From contig ONFC01000001.1 of NCBI GenBank assembly GCA_900317035.1, positions 462-64,461 of the forward strand: 64,000 nt of DNA, written 5' to 3'. A program made the translations under genes and the position numbers. The notes under the pieces were generated by a model. It ran no database searches, had not been told where the DNA came from, and worked only from the letters and a program-made list of their open reading frames with translations. This DNA is from an uncultured Eubacteriales bacterium. Lineage in GTDB: Bacteria; Bacillota; Clostridia; Saccharofermentanales; Saccharofermentanaceae. This document shows positions 12,323 through 20,281 of the stretch, in pieces. Each line of letters starts with the position of its first letter. The first letter of the stretch is position 1.

Positions 12323-13834
12323 TTACTGGATATCTTTGCGGACGAATCCGTCATAAGCGATAAAAAGCAGTATGAAAGCAAGAACTGCCAGATAGCAAAG
12401 CGAGAAGGATAGTGGCAGGGAATTGCTGGATATTCCGAAAATTCCGGCTTCGTCTGATCCCGAGTACCCGCACAGATTTAAATACGGAAAGATCTTTCCT
12501 ACCAGGTCCATATGGGAAGATGGAAGGAAATCGATCCAGCGCTGGCGTCCGAAGATCTCTATCAGAAGAGGAGAGAGCCCGGAGGTCACGGCAAAACCTG
12601 TGGAAACGCCGACGGCAATTCCGGTATTTTTCGTAAGACATGAGATCGTAAACGCACCGAGAAGATATACGAAAAGAGAGATGTTATCCACCAGAAAGAA
12701 AAGAAAGGTAAAAATGTAATTGGGCATGACGTTTACTTTTCCGCCGGAACAGTAGTAGTAAGGCGAAAGTGAGGAAAACCCGTAACACATGCCGGTAGAT
12801 ATCGTGGAGAAAGCCGTGATCAGGATGCTTCCGAAAAGCGTCCATGTAATAAGCGCCATAAGTTTGGCAGTAAAGATCTTCCATCGCTTGACCGGAGCAA
12901 TGATCAGCGACTTGATCGATCCGGTCGCCATCTCCTGGGAGATGCTGGAGCCGGCGATAATGACCAGCATAATGATCAGGAGGAATCTTGCGCCTCTTTG
13001 ACCGAACTGTCTTGCCCGGGTCGCGTGAGCTGTCATATCAGGCGGGAGAGCATTGTTTTCGATCTGGTAATCCAGGATCTTTATCGAATCTTCAAGCTGC
13101 TTTCTTTTCTCTGCGTTGAGCGGCCGGTAGGAGTTGTTTTCTTCATACACTCCCATCTGAAGGTTGGACTTATAGTCATCACGCAGAATGATGGCGTTCG
13201 CGATCCGCTCAGCATCTTTCATGGTCATTTTACCTTCCGGATCCAGCGTTGCGAGTTGGCGGACGATATTCCTGTTAGCAAAGCCTGTCTTTTCGGACAG
13301 AGCTTCCAGAGACGCAAAATCATGGGAGAAGAGAGCCTCTTTGGCGAGATCCAGTGATTCGGTGGCTGAAGTGTACGCCTGAAACCAGTTGGAATCTCTT
13401 TTCCCGAATGGTTCCGTATTCAGTCTGCAGACAGATGAGTAAGCTGTAGTGTACTGTAAGTATGCACAGCTTGATAAATAAGTACCTTTGATCGGATACT
13501 CATCGAAATCATAGTTTGCCAGCAAAGCGTTGTAGCAGGAAAGCATAACATAACTACGGAGTGTCTCCTCATCCATATTGAGCCTTGTGGCAAAGAGCTC
13601 TGCAGTCACGTTCTGCATCGTGAATCGGAGAGTGGTGTGTTCAACATATCTGTTCGGATCCCCAAGATTGTTTTTCTCGGTATCTCTGGCTTTCGTGATC
13701 TCGGTTTTTCCGTAAGGTTCGTCCAGCGTTTCCTCAGAAAGATCTCTGTTTTGAAGGATCGGAGCGAAGAAAGCAGTGACCGTCATCAGGGCCACGAGGA
13801 TCCAGACAGAGAGCTTCCTTGAGAGCTTGGTCAT
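12323..13834 (-). CDS. ABC-2 type transporter permease
   Basis: N-terminal TM, a large (about 270-aa) external domain and 5 C-terminal TM helices. It lies downstream of the ABC ATPase. I chose the ATG at 13834 (MTKLSRKLSVWIL...); the upstream extension to 13993 overlaps the ATPase. Confidence 0.65.
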   Translation of the reverse strand: MTKLSRKLSVWILVALMTVTAFFAPILQNRDLSEETLDEPYGKTEITKARDTEKNNLGDPNRYVEHTTLRFTMQNVTAELFATRLNMDEETLRSYVMLSCYNALLANYDFDEYPIKGTYLSSCAYLQYTTAYSSVCRLNTEPFGKRDSNWFQAYTSATESLDLAKEALFSHDFASLEALSEKTGFANRNIVRQLATLDPEGKMTMKDAERIANAIILRDDYKSNLQMGVYEENNSYRPLNAEKRKQLEDSIKILDYQIENNALPPDMTAHATRARQFGQRGARFLLIIMLVIIAGSSISQEMATGSIKSLIIAPVKRWKIFTAKLMALITWTLFGSILITAFSTISTGMCYGFSSLSPYYYCSGGKVNVMPNYIFTFLFFLVDNISLFVYLLGAFTISCLTKNTGIAVGVSTGFAVTSGLSPLLIEIFGRQRWIDFLPSSHMDLVGKIFPYLNLCGYSGSDEAGIFGISSNSLPLSFSLCYLAVLAFILLFIAYDGFVRKDIQ

Positions 13835-13859
13835 TTCATTATGATATAGCGCAAATATC

Positions 13860-14831
13860 TTACTCAACCTGGATACCTCCTCCCGTGATCTCCAGGAAGA
13901 CATCCTCCAGGGAAGATTCGAGTTTCTGCACACCGAGAATATCAGAACCGCCGGATACAAGCGTTCTGACACATTCATTGATCTGCGTCTCATCTATATC
14001 GATATCCAGTGTATCGGCCCCGACATTTGAAATACGGTTCTTATAGGCTTCGGACAGGATCTCTTTTGCTTTAGAAGGATCGGAAGTTTTGATGCGGTAC
14101 ACAGAGGATGTCTGCGCTCTGTGCATCAGATCATCGATAGAACAGATCTGGAGAAGTTTTCCATGATTGATGATGCCGATCCGATCGCACATCAGCTGCA
14201 TCTCGGAAAGAAGATGGCTCGATACCATAACAGCGACTCCTTCTTCGTGCGCGAGTTTCTTTAGAATATCGCGGAGCTGGTGAATGCCGGCGGGATCAAG
14301 TCCGTTTGTCGGCTCGTCCAGGATAAGGACCTTCGGATGGTGAAGCATTGCCTGCGCCAGACCGATGCGCTGCTTCATGCCCAGGGAATACTTCTTCACC
14401 GGTTCATCTGCACGTTCGGAGAGACCTACAAGTTCGAGGACCTCATTGATCCTTTCGGGAGTGACGCCCTTGTGAAGGCGTGCGTACATCTTCAGGTTCA
14501 GACGGGCAGACAGCGTGTTATACATCTCCGGATTTTCGACGATGCCGCCGATCGAGGACATCGCTGCTTCATAGTGCGTCTTCCGGTTATATCCGTTTAT
14601 GATGATCGTTCCTTCATCCGGACGGAAAAAGCCCATGACCATCTTGATGATCGTGGTCTTTCCGGCTCCGTTAGGGCCGAGAAAACCGAATACTTCACCC
14701 GGGTACAGCTCAAAAGAGACATTGTCTACGGCGGTTTTTCTGCCGAATGTCTTAGTGACGTTCTGTATCTGTAGAGCAGGTTTTCTTTCGCTTGAGGTCA
14801 TTACGTTCTCCTTCGCCGGATCAAAATTCAT
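13860..14831 (-). CDS. ABC transporter ATP-binding protein
   Basis: Walker A GPNGAGKTT, signature YSLGMKQR, Walker B LILDEPTNGLD. An alternative start is at 14801. Confidence 0.92.
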   Translation of the reverse strand: MNFDPAKENVMTSSERKPALQIQNVTKTFGRKTAVDNVSFELYPGEVFGFLGPNGAGKTTIIKMVMGFFRPDEGTIIINGYNRKTHYEAAMSSIGGIVENPEMYNTLSARLNLKMYARLHKGVTPERINEVLELVGLSERADEPVKKYSLGMKQRIGLAQAMLHHPKVLILDEPTNGLDPAGIHQLRDILKKLAHEEGVAVMVSSHLLSEMQLMCDRIGIINHGKLLQICSIDDLMHRAQTSSVYRIKTSDPSKAKEILSEAYKNRISNVGADTLDIDIDETQINECVRTLVSGGSDILGVQKLESSLEDVFLEITGGGIQVE

Positions 14832-15402
14832 AGCCGGATTGTATGTTTAGATTCGACTTAGTCTGCACCAGTTTCCATTCTCCATCTGTATAGAGGAACT
14901 GAAGGTCGTCCTGTGTTGCAAGTTCTTCATATGTGATAGTGCCATCTTCGTTTATAAAGTCGATTTTAGTCGTCGAACGGACGACGACAGAAGCTGAACC
15001 GTTATATAGTTCAAGGATCTCGACACTTTCGGGAACCCTGGTGCATTTGTCAGGGCGCATCTTTAAAGAAGAATAATAACGGAAAAAGTCGAAAGACTGA
15101 TCGAAAGCCTGATTGCGGACCAGCTCATTATCTGCAAAGTAATGGGAAAGGGAGCCGGCCTGCGAATGGACCGCAGGAAGGAGAGTATCGGAATCGATGC
15201 TGTTCCAGGAAAAGAAATCAAAATCTGATGGAGCAATAAAAAGAGGAGAAGAGTCAATAATATACTGAGATGCGATCTCCTTTACTTCTTTTCTCTCCCT
15301 ACTGTTATGAATAGAATCAGACACAAGATAGGAGACAACAGCGATAATGACAGCAAGGAGGAGAATAATGCCTCTATTCACATGCTGCCACCATTTTTTC
15401 AT
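14821..15402 (-). CDS. hypothetical membrane-anchored protein (first gene of the ABC operon)
   Basis: 193 aa with a single N-terminal TM (GIILLLAVIIAVVSYLV). Its stop overlaps the ATPase start. Confidence 0.5.
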   Translation of the reverse strand: MKKWWQHVNRGIILLLAVIIAVVSYLVSDSIHNSRERKEVKEIASQYIIDSSPLFIAPSDFDFFSWNSIDSDTLLPAVHSQAGSLSHYFADNELVRNQAFDQSFDFFRYYSSLKMRPDKCTRVPESVEILELYNGSASVVVRSTTKIDFINEDGTITYEELATQDDLQFLYTDGEWKLVQTKSNLNIQSGYEF

Positions 15403-15697
15403 GCCGATTCCTCCTAAAAAAGTTAGGTATATTTTACCACACGAAAATCAGATGAAAAGTGACAGTGATGTCATAAGAAAATATGACGAAAATGTAAATA
15501 GTTCTAGGCGTTTTTCGGGAAAAACACTATCCCGGAACAGGTGATCCTTCTCCTCCGAAAACTCTCCGAAGATCCTCAAATACCTGAAATAACGGCATTC
15601 TTGTAATCGCTGTGTAATGTGCTGTAATAATCGCGTAACGTTTTGTGCAAGGTGCATAAATCGCAGAAAGATTTCGCGCGTTTCGTGATGAAAAGTG

Positions 15698-15725
15698 TTG
15701 ACAACACATTAATACATGTTATACT
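15698..15725 (+). promoter_or_regulatory. near-consensus sigma-A promoter with extended -10 driving the large RNA
   Basis: TTGACA (15698-15703), a 16-nt spacer, then TGtTATACT (15717-15725). Confidence 0.65.
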
Positions 15726-15731
15726 GAAACT

Positions 15732-16321
15732 AGCTCCAGGGAATGCGGGTTCACACCAAGTCCTAATCGGAGAGCCGCCAGCTACAGATGCACAAGGCGA
15801 GGCTGAGAAAAACCGAAAGACCAGAAAGTGGTCAGGAAACGAAGATGGAGATACCGGGAATCGGATCCAGTGAGGTTCGAGTGGTAAGGAAGTCGGAGCC
15901 GACAGAGCCATAGCAGAAGCAGTTGGAAAGCGAACAGCGATTGACGGTACGCGATGGCGGACACAAGTCGCAGGTCAGGTTGAAGACCATGGTTTCAGAT
16001 CCGGGCGGTAGCTGCTTGAGGTGGCAGGCCGGAGGAAGGGACCCAGGTGAAATGACAGGAGACGGGTCATAACTGAGTAAGTTACGATAGCCGGTTCGAC
16101 AGGGATGCAGTGGCACGGGGTCATTGCCGGATGGATGGATCGGAATAGTGATGGAAAAGAGGCCGCGTAGAACACATCATTTCAGGTCGGACTGGTTGGA
16201 AAGGGGCTTCGTAAGAGGCTTTGAGTAACTCCAAGAAGAGGGTGTTCAGCAGGATTGGGAAGGTTCGCAGATAATAAAGGGCGACCGAAGGAAATGGATG
16301 GAAAGTTGGTTCGCTGGAGCT
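15732..16321 (+). ncRNA. large (about 590 nt) structured stand-alone RNA, family unassigned (large ornate RNA or atypical RNase-P-like RNA candidate)
   Basis: About 970 bp with no credible ORF on either strand. Promoter just upstream. AGCTCCAG (15732-15739) is perfectly complementary to CTGGAGCT (16314-16321). Purine-rich sense strand with many local hairpins, including a GNRA loop. Terminator immediately downstream, and no downstream + strand gene. Confidence 0.6.
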
Positions 16322-16346
16322 TTTATTTGTCCTCATTTTACGTGCG

Positions 16347-16376
16347 CGGAGATCCGACAGGGTCTCCGTTTTCTTT
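16347..16376 (+). terminator. rho-independent terminator of the large RNA
   Basis: CGGAGATC / GGTCTCCG stem (16347-16354/16361-16368) followed by TTTTCTTT. T-tract only on the + strand. Confidence 0.55.
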
Positions 16377-16923
16377 AGTGTTCCATCTCTGCGATAAAGG
16401 GCAGGTTCCTTCCGTATTCCCCGGAATCCATACCGTATCCGATCAGCCAGGACCGGTCAACCTCGAATCCGTAGTATTTCACCGGAAGGTCGATGAGCTG
16501 GCGCTCCGGGTTGTAAAGGAGCGTGCATACCTCTACGGAAGCAGGACGCCTGGCCTCCAGAGTCTGGAGCAGATATGCGGTAGTAAGACCTGTGCGGATG
16601 ATGTCCTCCACGACGATCACATGCTTCCCGGTGATGTTGATGTCCAGATCTTTCGTGATCCTGACGATACCGGTGCTGCTGGTGGTATCCGGGATGCTGC
16701 CGATGGCGATCATGTCCATCTGCATAGGAAGATCGATGGCGCGCGCCAGGTCTGTGCAGAAGAAGAGCGAGCCCTTAAGAACACCGAGAAGTACGATCTC
16801 CTGTCCTTCATAGTCAGCTGTGATCTTCTTTCCGAGTTCCGCTATTCTTTCGCTCAGCTGCTGCTGCGTGTAAATGATCTTTTTATATGAGATCTTATTC
16901 AATCTGATCCCCCGCTTCCTCAT
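16375..16923 (-). CDS. hpt: hypoxanthine phosphoribosyltransferase
   Basis: 182 aa. PRPP-binding motif HVIVVEDIIRTGLT. LLGVLKGS.FF is typical of Hpt. Confidence 0.9.
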   Translation of the reverse strand: MRKRGIRLNKISYKKIIYTQQQLSERIAELGKKITADYEGQEIVLLGVLKGSLFFCTDLARAIDLPMQMDMIAIGSIPDTTSSTGIVRITKDLDINITGKHVIVVEDIIRTGLTTAYLLQTLEARRPASVEVCTLLYNPERQLIDLPVKYYGFEVDRSWLIGYGMDSGEYGRNLPFIAEMEH

Positions 16924-17872
16924 TGTTTTCCTGTGGACTGAAACTCTTCAGGCGTTCCGCCAGCTCGAGAAAATCCTTTTTATAGACGATCTTGATATTG
17001 GTTCCCGGATAGAGTTCCTTTACTTTTTTCAGTTTCTTATTCTTCTTTGTCACATATTTCTGGTTCATCGTCGTCAATTCGAGATACGTATCGAACCGCG
17101 TCAGATAAAAGTCCGGGCTGAAAGCCAGAGTGACGTTCCCTTCACTGTCCCATTCTACTGGGAATGTCTTCGGTTCATACTTCCAGTCGATATGGTACAT
17201 ATCCAGGATCTTCGCAAATTCCGCTTCGGACGGATTTTTAAAGACGGGAGTCTCGCTCTGATGATCCATCGATCCTTCAGATCTTGTTTCCGTCTTGATC
17301 CGGGCACGAAGCTCGTGCTCATGGAATGCAGCCAGGATCGAGGCTACGCATTCATCCACGGTAAGATGGTCTGTATTTAAGATCAGATGATAAAGAGAAA
17401 GATCGGAAAGGTCCTTTCCGAAGACGTGAGACACGAAGCGCTTATGTTTTCTGTCGGCGGATGCTAAAAGAGCATCGGAAGCTTCACCGGACAGGTGATA
17501 GTGCTTTTCGATACGGGAAAGCCGGGTGGAATCGGAAGCCACGATGCGTACATGCAGCGCGTCATCACTTTCCGATAAAAGAAGCTGGGATCCGAATCCG
17601 AGAAGGACGGCGGAAGATTCCTTCGACATAGAAAGAAGAGAATCATAAAGTACATCTTTGAAGCTTTTTCCGTCTTTATACTCAGATAAATAGAATTTCG
17701 CACTTTCTGCCAGGCGGGAACGCTGCTCCGGCTGGATATCCGGGAAGAAACGCTCCATCAGAAGATCTCGCGTGATGAGCTCCCAGCCGAGTTTGCTGGA
17801 AAGGACGGAAGCGATCTCGTCGCCTAAACTGCCCATCTGTCGTGAAATCGTAATGACCGGCATAAAACTCAA
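16895..17872 (-). CDS. cytidylate-kinase-like (AAA/P-loop-like) family protein with an extra C-terminal domain
   Basis: The N-terminus MPVITISRQMGSLGDEIA..L...LGW.. is typical of the cytidylate kinase-like family. The C-terminal 120 or so aa (YEPKTFPVEWDSEGNVTLAFSPDFYL...YLELTT) is unassigned. Confidence 0.6.
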   Translation of the reverse strand: MSFMPVITISRQMGSLGDEIASVLSSKLGWELITRDLLMERFFPDIQPEQRSRLAESAKFYLSEYKDGKSFKDVLYDSLLSMSKESSAVLLGFGSQLLLSESDDALHVRIVASDSTRLSRIEKHYHLSGEASDALLASADRKHKRFVSHVFGKDLSDLSLYHLILNTDHLTVDECVASILAAFHEHELRARIKTETRSEGSMDHQSETPVFKNPSEAEFAKILDMYHIDWKYEPKTFPVEWDSEGNVTLAFSPDFYLTRFDTYLELTTMNQKYVTKKNKKLKKVKELYPGTNIKIVYKKDFLELAERLKSFSPQENNEEAGDQIE

Positions 17873-17878
17873 TCTCCT

Positions 17879-18259
17879 TTACTTTTTCCGGCGGGTAAGC
17901 TTGCCGAAATCATTTACGACGTACATCTCGGCAAAGGCCGGGTTGATCTTCGCGATCTCATCATAAGAAGCTCTGCCGTCATTGACATAGTTATAGGCAA
18001 CGATAGGATTGGTACGGATCTTTTTCCGGAAATCATTCTTCGCGATGACCGAACCTACCTTTTGGCCGAGGACAAAGTAGAAGATAATAGCGGCTACGAT
18101 GCAAAGAATGCCGGTCAGGACACTCCAGGAGCCGAGTTTCCCGGCCAATACGAAAAACACAATGGCCGCGATCGAAAGACCGTAAGCGATAAGGTCCATC
18201 AGGATCGCAAAAAAGGTTGCTTTGTTGGAATACTCGAAAGATGTAAAGAAAAAGATCAT
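17879..18259 (-). CDS. hypothetical small membrane protein
   Basis: 126 aa with two or three TM helices and a basic C-terminus. Confidence 0.45.
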   Translation of the reverse strand: MIFFFTSFEYSNKATFFAILMDLIAYGLSIAAIVFFVLAGKLGSWSVLTGILCIVAAIIFYFVLGQKVGSVIAKNDFRKKIRTNPIVAYNYVNDGRASYDEIAKINPAFAEMYVVNDFGKLTRRKK

Positions 18260-18415
18260 TCTGCGGACCTCCTTAACTGATATTTCTATTTTAGCACAAA
18301 GGACTTTTTTAGAAGCGCATTTATGCGCAAAAAAGACATTGAAATACTTTCTGTTCTATGCGAAAATCAACCTACATTAGGGAAAAGACAACAGAAGAAA
18401 AAAGGAAAAAGACAG

Positions 18416-19747
18416 ATGCGTAATCAGAATACTAAACTATACCGCTTATTAGCGCTGATACTGGTGATGTCAGTCGCTTTCTCATGCTCATGCAGTAAGA
18501 AAAAGGATTCTTCTGAAGAGTCTTCGAAAACGGAAGAAACAACTGCCGGGTCGCAGGAATCTGCTTCGGAAACATCTGAAACGGAACAAACATCTGAAAC
18601 TACGGAAAGTACTACGGAAACTACTTCGGAAAGTACGACAGAGAGCACCACAGATACTTCGGTATCTGACAGTTCGGACACACAAAATACATCTTCCGGA
18701 TCATCGGCCGCATTCGCCACGACTTTTGATAGCGGTAAGGCCGACAGTTACCTCGACTCTATTAAGCTGGACGGAGTCGTTCTCGTCGCTGAGAAAGATC
18801 AGATCATCTATACAAAAGCGTCGGGATATGCTGACCGCGACAGTAAGACCCCAAATACTATGGAAACGGTCTTTGAGCTCGGTTCGATCACGAAGCAGTT
18901 TACCGCGGTAGCGATCATGCAGCTGGTGGAACAGGGGAAGTTAAGTCTGGATGATACACTCGATAAATATATTCCCGAGTATAAGTATGCAAAAGATGTC
19001 ACGATCCATCAGCTCCTGAACATGACATCCGGAATTCCGGATTACCTGTACTGCGGTGTTCTGGGATTCACTATGGATGATCTTAAGCATGTTTCTATTT
19101 CAAGCTTTCTCTCGCTTCAGTCCATGCTGGGAGAGGTGGCGACGACACCGCTGGAAAAGGATGACCTGGTGAGACGCATCTCAGAATATGACCTGAATTT
19201 TACACCGGGAACGAAACTCGAGTATTCGAATACGAATTACTATTTCCTCGGTATGATCATCGAGCAGCTGAGCGGACTTTCTTATGAAGATTATATTCAT
19301 AGAAATATACTTGATCCTCTCGGACTTACCGAACTTTATCCGGATATCAGACATCTCACGTCCAACGGAAGAACGGATTTTACGCTCTTTCACTTCGATT
19401 TCCCGCATCAGCATGAGACGCTGAGCTATGCGGTCGGCGTCATGACCGGAACGGCGGAAGGCCTTCTCAAGTGGGAGAACAAGGTCATGGAGCATGCACT
19501 TCTGACGGAGGACAGCTGGAATAAGATCTTTGACGGCGGAACATTCGGATACGGTTATGGCTGGTATATCTGGGGCGGATATATCGAACACTCCGGTATG
19601 ACGCTGGGTTATAACACCAATGTCCGGGTCGATCCCGATACGGGAAGAGTCGTTATCGTTCTTTGCAATATCCAGTCTTTCACCGGAACAAAGGAGCGTC
19701 CGCTTGCTGCTGATGTTTGCGCGGAGCTTTGGAGCTATTTCGGATGA
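18416..19747 (+). CDS. serine hydrolase (beta-lactamase/class C family) lipoprotein
   Basis: Signal peptide plus lipobox (MSVAFSCSC), a Ser/Thr/Glu-rich linker, and the SxxK motif in LGSITKQF. The ATG at 18416 is preceded by AAAGGAAAAAG. Confidence 0.8.
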   Translation: MRNQNTKLYRLLALILVMSVAFSCSCSKKKDSSEESSKTEETTAGSQESASETSETEQTSETTESTTETTSESTTESTTDTSVSDSSDTQNTSSGSSAAFATTFDSGKADSYLDSIKLDGVVLVAEKDQIIYTKASGYADRDSKTPNTMETVFELGSITKQFTAVAIMQLVEQGKLSLDDTLDKYIPEYKYAKDVTIHQLLNMTSGIPDYLYCGVLGFTMDDLKHVSISSFLSLQSMLGEVATTPLEKDDLVRRISEYDLNFTPGTKLEYSNTNYYFLGMIIEQLSGLSYEDYIHRNILDPLGLTELYPDIRHLTSNGRTDFTLFHFDFPHQHETLSYAVGVMTGTAEGLLKWENKVMEHALLTEDSWNKIFDGGTFGYGYGWYIWGGYIEHSGMTLGYNTNVRVDPDTGRVVIVLCNIQSFTGTKERPLAADVCAELWSYFG

Positions 19748-19768
19748 TATAAAACGCAGGGAGAATGT

Positions 19769-20251
19769 ATGAAGAAGGAAAATAAAACGAATGCCATGCG
19801 CATCCTGGATACGGCCAAGATCCCGTATGAGCCGTTCTATTATGAATGTGACGAGTTTATCGACGGCGTACATATCGCCGATATGCTCGGACAGCCCTAT
19901 GAGAGTTCTTTTAAAACACTGGTCATGCAGGGAAAATCGAAGAATTACTTCGTTTTCGTGATCCCGATCGCAGAAGAAGTGGATATGAAAAAAGCAGCGA
20001 AGGCCGTCGGGGAGAAGGCGCTTGAGATGGTGCATGTCAAGGATATCATGGCCGTAACCGGATATATCCGCGGCGGTGTGACCTCGATTGGTATGAAGAA
20101 AAAGTATCCGACTGTGATCGATGAGACGGCGCAGCTCTTTGATACGATCATCGTAAGCGGCGGTATGCTCGGCACCCAGATCCATCTGGCGCCGGATGAT
20201 CTGCTGAAAATAGTGGAGGGCCAGTACGCCGATATAACTCTGGCACACTGA
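19769..20251 (+). CDS. ybaK: Cys-tRNA(Pro)/Cys-tRNA(Cys) deacylase
   Basis: 160 aa. N-terminal KTNAMRILD...IPYE and the overall YbaK/EbsC pattern (..GYIRGG.SP.G). Confidence 0.85.
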   Translation: MKKENKTNAMRILDTAKIPYEPFYYECDEFIDGVHIADMLGQPYESSFKTLVMQGKSKNYFVFVIPIAEEVDMKKAAKAVGEKALEMVHVKDIMAVTGYIRGGVTSIGMKKKYPTVIDETAQLFDTIIVSGGMLGTQIHLAPDDLLKIVEGQYADITLAH

Positions 20252-20281
20252 CCCTGTTTTTCAATTTGTGGATGGATGAGC

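Noticed and set aside
15732-16321. Calling the large RNA a canonical RNase P RNA (rnpB).
   Set aside because: Only short patches resemble type-A conserved regions as I remember them. The near-invariant GGAAAGUCC and ACAGAA strings are altered, the specificity-domain motifs (GGUAAACCCC, GUGCCACAG-like) are not seen, and the spacing and length (about 590 nt) do not fit. It is kept as an alternative hypothesis to be settled by a covariance-model search, not as a call.
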